From the IMG/VR virus record IMGVR_UViG_3300007513_000001, positions 186,001-250,000 of that record: a stretch of 64,000 nucleotides of DNA, one strand, 5' to 3'. Made by a program: the position numbers and the translations under genes. Of the stretch, positions 19,420 through 29,758 are shown one piece after another (the first letter of the stretch is position 1; each line of letters begins with the position of its first letter). The notes under the pieces were generated by a model, which ran no database searches, was not told the origin of the DNA, and saw only the letters and a program-made list of their open reading frames with translations.

Positions 19420-20202
19420 ATGAGAGAAGCTCAACTTAGAAAATATATTCAGAAAATTATAAAAGAGCAAGCTAAAAAAGAACCTCAAGAAACTGAGAAG
19501 CTTAAAGGTGGTAGATACAAGAAGGAAATTGAATCCTTGAAACTTGTTCCCCCTGGCGAACTAATGAAACGCTTAAAAGCAAAGAAAGCATCGGGTGATT
19601 CGACCGGACAAAAGCTTGCTTCTTTTCTTGGTTCCGCTGCTGGTGGCGTAGAAGAAATGAGGCTAGTTTATGGTAAACCCATAAGAAAAGAAGACAAGGC
19701 CGGGCACCAGGGAGTATCAATCCCGCTCAATTCTATCAAGGGCGGAGCTGGAACAATTCCGCCAAGAGACGGAAGAAGATATATACAGCATACAGTAACT
19801 GCGGGTTTAGAATCTGGATATTTACCGCTCCCTAAAAAAGAAGTCCAAATAGAGATTTTTGGTAAGGGAGTTTTGGTATATGTGGCTAAAAAGAAATATT
19901 CGTGGGGCAAAGGAGAAAAGAAAAAAGAAGAAAAACCAAAAGATGAATCTCATCACGGAGTAGATGAAGAGCTTTTGGGTGAGCCAGATCTTTCGCAAGA
20001 AGATGAAAGGCAGGACGATGAAACAAAAGACGAATATAGTGTTTCAGCTAACGTAGCCGGAGTTGTAACGCCTCTTGGGACTGGACCTGACGGCGGAAAA
20101 GGAAAAAAGAAGAAAAATTCTCCAAGAAAAAGAGCGATAGACGCTAATAAAAGAGCTTTCGGAGGCGGAGAGATATACAAGCCCGCAAAGAAAAATAAAT
20201 AA
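19420..20202 (+). CDS. Hypothetical basic protein, possible internal virion protein
   Basis: N-terminal LRKYIQKIIKEQ motif shared with other ORFs; late-type motif upstream. Confidence 0.55.
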   Translation: MREAQLRKYIQKIIKEQAKKEPQETEKLKGGRYKKEIESLKLVPPGELMKRLKAKKASGDSTGQKLASFLGSAAGGVEEMRLVYGKPIRKEDKAGHQGVSIPLNSIKGGAGTIPPRDGRRYIQHTVTAGLESGYLPLPKKEVQIEIFGKGVLVYVAKKKYSWGKGEKKKEEKPKDESHHGVDEELLGEPDLSQEDERQDDETKDEYSVSANVAGVVTPLGTGPDGGKGKKKKNSPRKRAIDANKRAFGGGEIYKPAKKNK

Positions 20203-20244
20203 ATCGCTCTCGAAATCTTATATCTAATAATATAAGGTTCCAAC

Positions 20245-20685
20245 ATGAAAAAAACGAAACCACAATTCAACGTGGGCGATTTGATAGCAGTCTTTGGTGG
20301 AGAGATAAAACAAGAGACAGAAAGTGCCGACAAAGTTTATTTCTGTGAAATAATATCAGTCGGCCAAAGTGATCTAATGGTAGAAGAAAAGTCTGATTCT
20401 TATTCCGTTAGAAAGCTTTTTTATATAGTCCCTAAAGATATATGCGTTAAGATCGAAATTGATCCGACCGTTGTGGTCAAAGCGCGATGCTTGGAACCGA
20501 AGATTGGAGATTTAGTCCTTTCTTATATAAGAGAAGCGTTCAAAAAAGAAGAACCTGTTGAAATAACTGGAATATTGTATAAAATAGTTTATAAGTTCGG
20601 CCGGCCATCAAAAGCAACAATAATTCATGACAATGAAATGAAAGAAGTACCCTTTTCAAGTTTAATGGTTTTGCAAAGAAATTAA
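20245..20685 (+). CDS. Hypothetical protein (two SH3/KOW-like beta segments)
   Basis: Repeated F/P.vGDL motifs. Confidence 0.5.
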   Translation: MKKTKPQFNVGDLIAVFGGEIKQETESADKVYFCEIISVGQSDLMVEEKSDSYSVRKLFYIVPKDICVKIEIDPTVVVKARCLEPKIGDLVLSYIREAFKKEEPVEITGILYKIVYKFGRPSKATIIHDNEMKEVPFSSLMVLQRN

Positions 20686-20686
20686 A

Positions 20687-20715
20687 TTGAACAATTCACT
20701 ATAAAGTTATAGATT
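20687..20715 (+). promoter_or_regulatory. Sigma70-like promoter upstream of the SSB gene
   Basis: TTGAAC-N17-TAGATT. Confidence 0.6.
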
Positions 20716-20782
20716 TATTATGTGGTTATCTACCACACTTCAAACTAAAAATCTGCACATTTAAACATTTAAGGAGTTAAAA

Positions 20783-21592
20783 ATGGCAATCGATCTAGAT
20801 GCAATCCGCAAGAAGCTAAATCAGCTTTCTGGCAACAATTCAAAGCGTAATTCGATGTGGCGTCCCCAAGAGGGAGAAGATCACACAGTTCGAATTCTAG
20901 CTTTTTCTGATAACGACGGACAACCCTTTAAGGAGCGTTGGTTCTATTATAATATTGGCAACAATCCAGGCCTCCTTGCGCCTCACCAGTTTGGTCAACC
21001 AGATCCTATTCAAGATCTGATCAACACTCTTAGGAATGATGGAACTAAGGAGTCTTATGAGCTAGCTAAGAAGCTTTATCCAAAAATGCGAGCTTACGCT
21101 CCAGTGATTGTTCGAGGAGAAGAATCGCAAGGAGTTCGTCTCTGGTCTTTTGGAAAGACGGTGTATCAGTCACTTCTCAACTTGATGCTTGATGATGAAG
21201 TGGGCGATATTACAGATCCAACAACCGGCCGCGACATTAAAGTAACTTGCACGAAACCCCCCGGCCGGATGTGGGCCACGACTGAAGTTCGTCCTCGTAT
21301 GAGTACTTCGGATCTAGCAGAGAGCGCAAAGCAAGCTAAGCAGTGGCTCTCAGAAATTCCAGATTTGGATGATTTGTACCAATGCAAAACTTATGAAGAG
21401 TTGGAAACTATTGTTAACGCATGGCTCAACGGAGATACTGAAGAAAATTCTAACGACTATGGCTCCACTCGTGGAGGAAACACGACAACTCAGCCGAAAA
21501 CGCCTCAAACAACCGAGGCAGATAATTCTAAAATGGCTGAGAAGTATGCAAGTCTCGATGACGCTTTCGCTGATATCGAAAAAGATTTCTAA
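20783..21592 (+). CDS. ssDNA-binding protein (T4 gp32-like)
   Basis: W.P......VRIL, G..LW.FGK and DITDP..GRD motifs, plus an acidic C-terminal tail (LDDAFADIEKDF). Confidence 0.88.
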   Translation: MAIDLDAIRKKLNQLSGNNSKRNSMWRPQEGEDHTVRILAFSDNDGQPFKERWFYYNIGNNPGLLAPHQFGQPDPIQDLINTLRNDGTKESYELAKKLYPKMRAYAPVIVRGEESQGVRLWSFGKTVYQSLLNLMLDDEVGDITDPTTGRDIKVTCTKPPGRMWATTEVRPRMSTSDLAESAKQAKQWLSEIPDLDDLYQCKTYEELETIVNAWLNGDTEENSNDYGSTRGGNTTTQPKTPQTTEADNSKMAEKYASLDDAFADIEKDF

Positions 21593-21623
21593 GATATAGA
21601 TTAAAGCATCATCTTAATTTCGG

Positions 21624-21665
21624 GGCGCCGGCTTTCTTTAAAAGAGTTTAGCCGGCGCCTTTTTT
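21624..21665 (+). terminator. Intrinsic terminator after the SSB gene
   Basis: 10-bp stem GGCGCCGGCT / AGCCGGCGCC followed by T6. Confidence 0.85.
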
Positions 21666-21666
21666 G

Positions 21667-21695
21667 ATGAACATCGAAGACTCTTTTTTTATATT
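21667..21695 (+). promoter_or_regulatory. Sigma70-like promoter for the recA-exonuclease-helicase-RNR operon
   Basis: ATGAAC-N17-TATATT directly after the terminator. Confidence 0.55.
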
Positions 21696-21714
21696 ACAAT
21701 AGGAGAATTAATTT

Positions 21715-22908
21715 ATGGCAAAAAAGAAAAAAGAAAAAACTCAAGCTGATGATTTTACTAGCGATTTAATAAAGCAGCTCAACAAGGAACACGGCTCTAA
21801 AGTTGCCTACAATTTAGAAAATGATGAATCTCCTACGCATATCAAACGCTGGATAAGCACGGGCTGCAAACAACTAGACTATATTGTTTCTAATCGTCCG
21901 AATGGTGGATTGCCAGAGGGAAGAATTATTGAAATATTCGGTCCTCCATCTATTGGGAAATCTCACATTGCTATTCAAATTGCACGCACAACTCAAAAAA
22001 TGGGAGGAATTGTAGTTTATATCGATACTGAAAATGCTACCTCAGTTGAAAACTTGGGCAATTTAGGCGTTAACATTTCTAAACGTTTTGTGTACGTCGA
22101 CACTCATTGCACCGAAGAAGTGTTATCAATAGCAGAGTCAACGATTCTAAAAGCAAGAGCGATGGAGAAGGATGTCCCAATTACTATTATTTGGGATTCT
22201 GTAGCGGCTTCTTCTCCGAAGGCTGAACTAAATGGTACTTATGAGCAAAACTCTATCGGACTTCAGGCGAGAGCTATTTCCAAAGGAATGCGTAAAATAA
22301 CTGGCGTCATCGGTCAAACGAATGCTTTGTTCGTGATTCTTAATCAAATTAGAACTAAGATTGGCGTAATGTATGGAGATCCAACTACGACCCCTGGCGG
22401 GAAAGCAATTCCATTCCACTCTTCTGTTAGAATTAAGCTTGGAGCTGGCCAGCAGATCCAAAACAAAGACAAAGAAGTCATTGGTATCAACGTGTCTGCA
22501 AAGACTATCAAGAATAAAGTTGCGCCACCATTTCGGACTGCTAATTTTGAGATACATTTTGGCAAAGGTGTATATGAACACGAGCAAGTCTTTGATTTAT
22601 TGAGAAAGCATGGTCCAGAAATCGTAGATGGAAACGAAATTAACATATCTGGTACAGGAGCTTGGAAAAATCTCGCAGTCGTAAATGTAGAAACGGGTGA
22701 AATTTTAGTAGAGAAGAAATTTTATAAAGCTGACTTTGGAGAAGTTTGGAAAAACCCTGAATATGAGCCGTATATTGAGAAGCTGCTTAATTGTTGTTTA
22801 GTAAAAACTTTAAAAGATCCCGAAAGCATGGATTTAGACATTGAATCATTTGAAGAAGTAAGATCTCTAGCAATGGAAGCAGATTTGTTATTAGAGTCTA
22901 ATGAATAA
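21715..22908 (+). CDS. recA: RecA recombinase
   Basis: GGLPEGRIIEIFGPPSIGKS Walker A, IDTE, DSVAA, NQIR.KIGVMYGDP.TTPGGKA and KNKVAPPF. Confidence 0.95.
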   Translation: MAKKKKEKTQADDFTSDLIKQLNKEHGSKVAYNLENDESPTHIKRWISTGCKQLDYIVSNRPNGGLPEGRIIEIFGPPSIGKSHIAIQIARTTQKMGGIVVYIDTENATSVENLGNLGVNISKRFVYVDTHCTEEVLSIAESTILKARAMEKDVPITIIWDSVAASSPKAELNGTYEQNSIGLQARAISKGMRKITGVIGQTNALFVILNQIRTKIGVMYGDPTTTPGGKAIPFHSSVRIKLGAGQQIQNKDKEVIGINVSAKTIKNKVAPPFRTANFEIHFGKGVYEHEQVFDLLRKHGPEIVDGNEINISGTGAWKNLAVVNVETGEILVEKKFYKADFGEVWKNPEYEPYIEKLLNCCLVKTLKDPESMDLDIESFEEVRSLAMEADLLLESNE

Positions 22909-23863
22909 AAAAGAAAGACCAATAGTTTTTATCGATGCTTTGAATTTTTTTATGCGTCATTTCACAGTAAACCCTTCAGTTGGTGTGAATGGCCAGCATG
23001 TAGGCGGAGCTTTAGGGTTCTTAAGGGGCTTGGGATATTTAGCCGATTTATTAAACCCAGAGTGTGTATATGTGGTCTGGGAAGGGGGCGGCTCGCCTCG
23101 AAGAAGAAACATATTTCCCGAATACAAGAAAAACAAACGACCAGTAAAGCTTAATAGGTTTTACGAGGGAGATATTCCAAACACGATAGAAAATCGAAAC
23201 TATCAAGTTAATCTTATAGTCAACCTTTTAAAAAGGTCAGGCATAAAACAAATATACACCTCGGATTGCGAAGCAGATGATGTTATAGGCTACGTTTGCA
23301 AAAGAGAATTTAAAGAAAACCAAAAAGTGATAGTTTCGTCAGACAAAGATTATTATCAACTTTTAGAAGATGAAAAAATAAGAGTCTGGTCTCCAGGCCA
23401 GAAAGATTTCGTAACTTCTGAAAAAATTTTAAAAAAATTTGGTGTCACTGCTGCCAATTATTGCCTATGTCGATGCTTTACTGGCGATGGTTCTGACGGC
23501 ATTCCGGGAATAAAAGGTGTTGGTTTTCGATCATTAGTGAAACGATTTCCAGATTTAGCTTCTTCTGGATCGATGAATGTAGAAGAAATAGTTAGTTTAA
23601 GTAGATCCAAAGCGGTGAACAGCAAACTTCAGATCTATCAAAATATCATCAAAGATGATGAAATAGTCAGGAGAAATTGGAAATTGATGTACTTAGATAC
23701 TTCCAATCTCTCGTTTAACCAAATACAAAAAATAAAAAGTCAACTGGAATCCGAGATTCCAAAAATGAATAAAATGGATTTTATGAGGATTATTCTAAGA
23801 GAAGGAATTCAAGATTTCGATGTAGAAAAATTCTTCATGAGCATGAAAGCAATGAGCTATTAG
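22901..23863 (+). CDS. 5'-3' exonuclease / flap endonuclease (Pol I N-terminal or T4 RNase H family)
   Basis: ID..N, YK..K, EADDVI, SSDKDYYQL and GD.SDGIPGIKGVG. Confidence 0.92.
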   Translation: MNKKERPIVFIDALNFFMRHFTVNPSVGVNGQHVGGALGFLRGLGYLADLLNPECVYVVWEGGGSPRRRNIFPEYKKNKRPVKLNRFYEGDIPNTIENRNYQVNLIVNLLKRSGIKQIYTSDCEADDVIGYVCKREFKENQKVIVSSDKDYYQLLEDEKIRVWSPGQKDFVTSEKILKKFGVTAANYCLCRCFTGDGSDGIPGIKGVGFRSLVKRFPDLASSGSMNVEEIVSLSRSKAVNSKLQIYQNIIKDDEIVRRNWKLMYLDTSNLSFNQIQKIKSQLESEIPKMNKMDFMRIILREGIQDFDVEKFFMSMKAMSY

Positions 23864-23871
23864 GAGTAATT

Positions 23872-25284
23872 GTGCTATCAGAAAATTATGACGTGTCTCC
23901 CAGCTCGGGAGTTTCATATTTCTCTAAATATGGAAAGCATTTTCAAGAAAAAATATTTCAGGGTCTATTGACAGACCATCGATGGGCTGCCCAAATAATG
24001 GAGGTAATGCATCCTGATTTTTTTGAACTTAAATACTTGACATATCTTTCAGAAAAATACTTTTCTTATTTTGAAAAATATAATACGTTTCCCACTCCAC
24101 AGTTGTTGATCTCTATAGTAAAGGAAGATTTATCTGATACTGGCGACATTCTTCTTAAAGAGCAAGTTGTAGAATTTCTTCATAGGCTCAAATCAAATCC
24201 AGATTTGGGAGACCAAAGCTATGTCAAAGACAAGGCTTTAGATTTCTGCAAATGCCAAGTTTTCAAAGAAGCTTTAGACAAGGCTGTAGATCTTATTTCT
24301 ACTGAAAAATTTGATTCTGTTGTCGGGCTCATGAAAGAAGCAGTTTCTGTTGGTATGCCAAGTAGTTTGGGTCACGATTTTTTCGAAGATATGGACTCTA
24401 GATTTGTTAAGAATACTAGAATCGTAATCCCTACGGGTCTTGCTAGATTAGATGCACACGACATTTTGCGCGGAGGCCTTGGCAGGGGAGAAATTGGCGT
24501 CATAACCGCAAATACTGGCGTGGGAAAATCTCATTGGCTTGTGGAGATGGGCGCTAATGCAATGCGTGCTGGCAAAAATGTTGTTCATTACACTTTCGAG
24601 CTTTCTGAAGAAGCCGTTGGCCTCAGGTATGATTCAAATCTTTGTGATATTGCAAATAATGATATCGTAAATCACAAAGAGAGCGTAGTTGATCACTATA
24701 AAGACAACGAGATGGGTAAATTAATAATCAAAGAGTACCCAACAGGGTCAGCTAGCGTTTTAACTTTAAAGAACCATTTAGACAAATTACTTTTGAAAAA
24801 TTTCAAGCCGCACATTATCATTGTAGATTATGCTGATATTATGAGATCAACAAGGTCTTTTGATTCTTTGAGGCATGAATTGAAATTAGTTTACGAAGAA
24901 TTAAGAAATTTAGCTATGGAACTTAGCATTCCAGTGTGGACGGCATCTCAAGCTAATAGAGATTCAGCAAATTCTGATATTGTCGGACTCGAAAATATGT
25001 CAGAAGCTTATGGCAAGGCAATGGTTGCTGATTTGGTGGTTTCTATATCGAGAAAAGCTACTGAAAAAGCTTCTGGAAAAGGTAGACTTTTTATTGCAAA
25101 AAATCGAGCTGGGCGAGACGGCCTTCTTTTTCCACTCTCAATCGACACCGCGAAATCTAAATTCGAGATTTTAGATGAAAATCACCTTACACTAAACGAA
25201 GCAGTAAAACAAGATAATAATGAAATGAAAGATCAGCTTCGCCTTCGATGGCAAGAAGTGAGAGGAATACAGAGAAATGGCTAA
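23872..25284 (+). CDS. Replicative DnaB-like helicase (gp41-like)
   Basis: ANTGVGKS Walker A, IIVDYAD, WTASQANR and AKNRAG. Confidence 0.92.
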   Translation: MLSENYDVSPSSGVSYFSKYGKHFQEKIFQGLLTDHRWAAQIMEVMHPDFFELKYLTYLSEKYFSYFEKYNTFPTPQLLISIVKEDLSDTGDILLKEQVVEFLHRLKSNPDLGDQSYVKDKALDFCKCQVFKEALDKAVDLISTEKFDSVVGLMKEAVSVGMPSSLGHDFFEDMDSRFVKNTRIVIPTGLARLDAHDILRGGLGRGEIGVITANTGVGKSHWLVEMGANAMRAGKNVVHYTFELSEEAVGLRYDSNLCDIANNDIVNHKESVVDHYKDNEMGKLIIKEYPTGSASVLTLKNHLDKLLLKNFKPHIIIVDYADIMRSTRSFDSLRHELKLVYEELRNLAMELSIPVWTASQANRDSANSDIVGLENMSEAYGKAMVADLVVSISRKATEKASGKGRLFIAKNRAGRDGLLFPLSIDTAKSKFEILDENHLTLNEAVKQDNNEMKDQLRLRWQEVRGIQRNG

Positions 25285-27718
25285 AATCTATCAAAAGGAA
25301 GAGGTAATAAAAGAAACTAATCTATATTTTGGTGGAGATGAATTAGCAACTAGCGCTATAGTAAACAAATACTTGCTTAGAGACGCTGAGGGAAATTGGT
25401 TAGAAAAAAATCCAGACCAAATGCATAAAAGGTTATCTAAAGAGTTTGCTAGAATAGAAAAAAAGTATAACGGATCTAGAGCTCTTGACGAAAATCAAAT
25501 TTATGATTTGTTAAAGAATTTCAAGCAAATTATTCCCCAGGGTTCTCCCATGTTCGGGATTGGAAATGATTATGCCATCGCAAGTCTTTCAAATTGTGTA
25601 GTTGTTGATTCGCCAGCAGATGATATAAGTTCTATTTTAAATCGGGGTAAAGATTTAGCGAATTTGTTTAAAAGAAGGTGCGGGGTTGGAATCGATATAT
25701 CGACGCTCCGGCCAGAAGGGACTTTTGTTTCAAATTCTGCAAGAACAACAACTGGTGCTTGGAGCTTTGCAGATTTTTATAGTTACGTTTGTCGTATGAT
25801 AGGTCAAAATGGTCGCCGTGGTGCTTTAATGATCACTCTCGACGTTCGTCATCCCGACATCGAAAATTTTGTAACTATGAAGCATGATCTCAAGAAAGTT
25901 ACTGGCGCTAATGTTTCTGTAAAAATAAACGATGAATTCATGAGAGCTGTGGAAAATAAACAGCCATTTACTCTGCAGTTTCCAATAGACTCAGATAATC
26001 CAACTATAGTTAAAGAAATAGACGCGCAATCTTTATGGAGCGTTATTATAGATAGCGCTACGAAAACAGCAGAGCCCGGATTAATGATGTGGGATAATAT
26101 CCTCGAAGATCTCCCGGCAGAATCTTATAGTAGCGATGGATTTAAAACGATTACCACGAACCCTTGCGGAGAAATTCCTTTAAGCGCTTACGATTCTTGC
26201 AGATTAATAGCCATTAATTTAACTAGTTTCGTAAACAATCCATTTGAAGCGAGCGCCGCTTTTGATTTTGAAAAATTCAAAATGATCTCAAGATACGCGA
26301 TGAGATTAAGCGATGATCTTATTGATTTAGAAGCAGAAAAATTAAAAACTATATTGGAAAAAGTAGATACGGAAGATGAAAAAATTTTATGGACAAAACT
26401 TTTAAAAGCTTGCTTAAACGGTAGGAGAACCGGTTTAGGAACTCTTGGTTTGGGTGATGTATTAGCCTCTCTTGGTTTGGTTTATGGTTCTGAAGAATCT
26501 ATTTTTCTTATAGAAAAGATATACGAAAGCTTAAAAATATCAGCTTATACAGAAAGCGTTATTCTTTCTGAAGAAAGGGGCCCTTTTAAAGTTTGGGATT
26601 GGGAAAAAGAAAAAGACAACTCTTTTATTAAGCGGCTCCCTGAAAGTCTCAAGTCTGCTATTAAAAAACACGGCCGCCGAAACATAGCTTGTTTAACAAA
26701 CGCCCCTACTGGCACGTGTTCAATTGCAGCTCAAACTTCAAGCGGAATTGAGCCTATTTTTAGGTTAAGCTACACAAGAAGAAAAAAAATAAATCCAGAC
26801 GAAAATGAAAAACCAGATTTCGTTGATAGCCTTGGAGATAAATGGAAAGAGTTTGAAATATATCATCATTCCGTAAAACAATACATGGAGATTAACAAAA
26901 AAAATAAAGATAATCTTCCAAACTATTTTATTACTTCTGAAGAAATTGACTGGTCTAAAAGAATCGAAGTTCAAGCTGCCATCCAGCGCCACATCGATCA
27001 CTCCATAAGCAGTACTATTAATTTACCCGCCAACACTAAACCAGAAGTTGTCGACACCCTTTACAGAAAAGCTTGGAAGCATGGTTTGAAAGGGGTGACA
27101 GTTTACGTTGACGGATCTAGAGCTGGAGTGCTAATCACTAAAAAAGAAAAGAAGTCCAAACTACAGTACCACTCTGCTCCAAAAAGAGAAGAAATGTTGA
27201 GTTGTGAGATACATAGAGCTTCTATAACAGGAGATGATTGGACTATTTTAGTTGGGTTGTACGATGGAAAGCCATACGAAATTTTCGGAGGTCTTTCAGA
27301 ATATGTAGAGATCCCTAGAAAGCATACTAGCGGAAAAATTAGAAAAAGGTCTAGAAAAACAGTAGAATCAAAATATGATCTAATTTTAGGTGAAGGAGAA
27401 GACGAATTAACTATAAAAGATGTAGTAAGCGTTTTTAGAAACCCTAACCATACAGCTTTTACAAGGACTATTTCACTGTCGATGCGCCACGGAGTGCCAG
27501 TCCAGTATTTAGTAGAGCAGCTTCAAAAAGATAAAGAAGCTGATTTATTTTCTTTCAGTAAAGTTATAGCTAGAGTGCTAAAAAAATATATTAAAGACGG
27601 AACAAAAGTAAGCAACGGAATCATAGATTGTAATTGTGAAAATAGAGAGCATTCTAAAGTGGTGTATCAAGAAGGGTGCGCTACTTGTCTGACTTGCGGA
27701 CATGCTAAGTGTGGATAA
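25277..27718 (+). CDS. nrdJ: Class II (adenosylcobalamin-dependent) ribonucleotide reductase
   Basis: SNC, GRRGALM, TNPCGEIPL, APTGT, ISSTINL and KGVTVY motifs, with a C-terminal EGC..C..CG. No beta-subunit gene nearby. Confidence 0.9.
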   Translation: MAKIYQKEEVIKETNLYFGGDELATSAIVNKYLLRDAEGNWLEKNPDQMHKRLSKEFARIEKKYNGSRALDENQIYDLLKNFKQIIPQGSPMFGIGNDYAIASLSNCVVVDSPADDISSILNRGKDLANLFKRRCGVGIDISTLRPEGTFVSNSARTTTGAWSFADFYSYVCRMIGQNGRRGALMITLDVRHPDIENFVTMKHDLKKVTGANVSVKINDEFMRAVENKQPFTLQFPIDSDNPTIVKEIDAQSLWSVIIDSATKTAEPGLMMWDNILEDLPAESYSSDGFKTITTNPCGEIPLSAYDSCRLIAINLTSFVNNPFEASAAFDFEKFKMISRYAMRLSDDLIDLEAEKLKTILEKVDTEDEKILWTKLLKACLNGRRTGLGTLGLGDVLASLGLVYGSEESIFLIEKIYESLKISAYTESVILSEERGPFKVWDWEKEKDNSFIKRLPESLKSAIKKHGRRNIACLTNAPTGTCSIAAQTSSGIEPIFRLSYTRRKKINPDENEKPDFVDSLGDKWKEFEIYHHSVKQYMEINKKNKDNLPNYFITSEEIDWSKRIEVQAAIQRHIDHSISSTINLPANTKPEVVDTLYRKAWKHGLKGVTVYVDGSRAGVLITKKEKKSKLQYHSAPKREEMLSCEIHRASITGDDWTILVGLYDGKPYEIFGGLSEYVEIPRKHTSGKIRKRSRKTVESKYDLILGEGEDELTIKDVVSVFRNPNHTAFTRTISLSMRHGVPVQYLVEQLQKDKEADLFSFSKVIARVLKKYIKDGTKVSNGIIDCNCENREHSKVVYQEGCATCLTCGHAKCG

Positions 27719-27757
27719 ATCTGTAACGGATAAAATTTATAAAAGTAGAGAAGAGAA

Positions 27758-28360
27758 ATGAAGTGGATTACGAAAATATCTCCATTAGTTAAAGAATTTG
27801 AATTGAGAAAAAACCCGATTATTATTCGAGTAAATAAGTTCGATGAAGAAGCAGCTAAAAAGTTTAGTCAGGAAGTAGCGCAAGCTCATAACACTGGCCA
27901 AAAAGTTATTCCAGTAGTAATAGATTCTTACGGAGGGCAAGTATATAGTTTAATGTCTATGATTAGCGCTATTAAAAACTCTGAGCTTCCTGTAGCCACA
28001 ATAGTTGAGGGCAAGGCTATGTCGTGCGGTGCTATATTGTTTTCTTTCGGTACAGCCGGCTATAGGTTTATGGATGCTGATGCAACAGTAATGATTCATG
28101 ACGTTTCTTCTATGGATATGGGTAAGGTTGAAGAATTAAAAGCTGGAGCAATGGAAGCAGATCGATTAAATCAAATTGTGTATAAAATGATGGCACAAAA
28201 CTGTGGTAAAAAAGACGATTATTTCATGAAGCTTGTAGACAAGAAAAAGCACGCCGATTGGTTCTTAGACGCTAATGAAGCTAAAAAGCACGGGCTAGCA
28301 AATCACGTCAGAGTTCCGGTTTTACACGTTAAAGTAAATGTAGACTTAGATTTTGAGTAG
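27758..28360 (+). CDS. ClpP-like protease
   Basis: IDSYGG, G.AMSCGA (catalytic Ser), MIHD (His) and D.FL.A.EA...GL. Confidence 0.88.
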   Translation: MKWITKISPLVKEFELRKNPIIIRVNKFDEEAAKKFSQEVAQAHNTGQKVIPVVIDSYGGQVYSLMSMISAIKNSELPVATIVEGKAMSCGAILFSFGTAGYRFMDADATVMIHDVSSMDMGKVEELKAGAMEADRLNQIVYKMMAQNCGKKDDYFMKLVDKKKHADWFLDANEAKKHGLANHVRVPVLHVKVNVDLDFE

Positions 28361-28374
28361 ATAGGAGCTACAAA

Positions 28375-29310
28375 ATGGCTATAGACAAAGTTTTTTATAA
28401 CAAGAGCTCAGCAGATTCTTTGGGTTGGAAACCAGATTGGTTCAACGCGAAATATCATGATGAAGATCTAGTTAAAGCAATTCGAGCTTGGCAAAAAGAA
28501 AGGGGCTTAACAGCCGACGGGCTTTGTGGACCAGCGACGTATAGAAGAATCTGGACAGAAAGAGACGCTGAAATAGGAAACTATATACCTTATCATCATA
28601 AAGCAAAAGATCGTAATTTTATCATTCACAACAGTAAGCCAATCCACATAGAGTGGGATAAAGTCGTGTTATGGTCTGATGAGGGTGGATTAAAAATGAA
28701 GCCAGGTACATATTACGATTATGGTGGCAAACCAGATAGAAATCCCTCACATTTCGTGAATCATTGGGATGTATGCCTTTCTTCTGAGTCGTGCGTAAAA
28801 GTTCTTAACAAAAGAGGGGTTTCCGTACATTTTTGCATTGATAACGATGGAACAATATACCAAATTTTGGACACTCAACACGGAGCTTGGCACGCTGGAA
28901 ACGTTTATGGAAACAAACAAGGGATTGGCGTAGAGATAAGCAATGCTTATTACACAAAATACCAAAACTGGTATGTTAAAAATGGATTCGGAGAAAGACC
29001 AATTCAAGAACACGGTTACGTACACGGCAGAACTCTAGACCCGTTCACCGATTTTTATCCAGTTCAACTCGAAGCGCTTAAAGCTCTGTGGAAAGCTGTT
29101 CACCTTGGACTTGGTGTTCCTCTAGAATATCCAAAAAATTCTGATGGATATATTGAAACTGGGGTCCACAAAGATGTTTCAAAGGGTAAGTTCGCTGGTT
29201 TTTGTAATCATTATAATTTTACTAGAAACAAAATAGACTGCGCTGGCTTAGACCTTCCCTCTCTTCTTCAAGATGTTATAAATTCTCCAAAGTATTGTTT
29301 GGACGACTAA
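28375..29310 (+). CDS. Endolysin: peptidoglycan-binding domain plus N-acetylmuramoyl-L-alanine amidase
   Basis: WQ...GLTADGLCGP.T PG-binding motif; SVHF.ID.DG.IYQ, AWHAG, IGVEI and H......K.DC amidase_2 motifs. Confidence 0.88.
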   Translation: MAIDKVFYNKSSADSLGWKPDWFNAKYHDEDLVKAIRAWQKERGLTADGLCGPATYRRIWTERDAEIGNYIPYHHKAKDRNFIIHNSKPIHIEWDKVVLWSDEGGLKMKPGTYYDYGGKPDRNPSHFVNHWDVCLSSESCVKVLNKRGVSVHFCIDNDGTIYQILDTQHGAWHAGNVYGNKQGIGVEISNAYYTKYQNWYVKNGFGERPIQEHGYVHGRTLDPFTDFYPVQLEALKALWKAVHLGLGVPLEYPKNSDGYIETGVHKDVSKGKFAGFCNHYNFTRNKIDCAGLDLPSLLQDVINSPKYCLDD

Positions 29311-29311
29311 A

Positions 29312-29758
29312 ATGGCAAACATAAAAAATCGCTGGAGAACGATGAGTTTAGTTTCTACGCATCTGTGTAAAACTAGCGACGTTGGATTTCATGGAAATCT
29401 TTTTGGAGGTAAGCTTTTAGCTTGGCTCGACGAAGCAGGAGCTGCTTTATCGGCTGAGTTTACAGAGACGGGAAAAATTGTTACGAAACATATTTCAGAA
29501 GTAAACTTTCAAAGCCCTGTCAGGCCAGGCCAGCTTATTAAGATTTATGGAAAGATTTTAAAAGTTGGAAAAACGTCTTTGACGATAGAAGTAGAAGCTA
29601 GGAGACACAGTATTTATAACGGAACGCAAAAACCAGTTTGTAAATGTCAGATGGTTTTTGTTAGAATCGATGGTGATGGAGAGGCTGTGCCTATCCCTCC
29701 CCATATTCACCAAAAATTCGCTCGGCCCATTGAAAGAGGAAATAAAGATGGAAAATAA
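29312..29758 (+). CDS. Hotdog-fold acyl-CoA thioesterase (YciA-like)
   Basis: HGNLFGGKLLAWLDEA, F..PV..G and VGKTS. Confidence 0.85.
   Translation: MANIKNRWRTMSLVSTHLCKTSDVGFHGNLFGGKLLAWLDEAGAALSAEFTETGKIVTKHISEVNFQSPVRPGQLIKIYGKILKVGKTSLTIEVEARRHSIYNGTQKPVCKCQMVFVRIDGDGEAVPIPPHIHQKFARPIERGNKDGK

Noticed and set aside
29658-29747. Extended N-terminus of ThyX (also the track starts at 5990, 15075, 18164, 19393, 31502, 47824, 61609 and 63242)
   Set aside because: Downstream ATGs have better SDs, translational coupling or promoter spacing.
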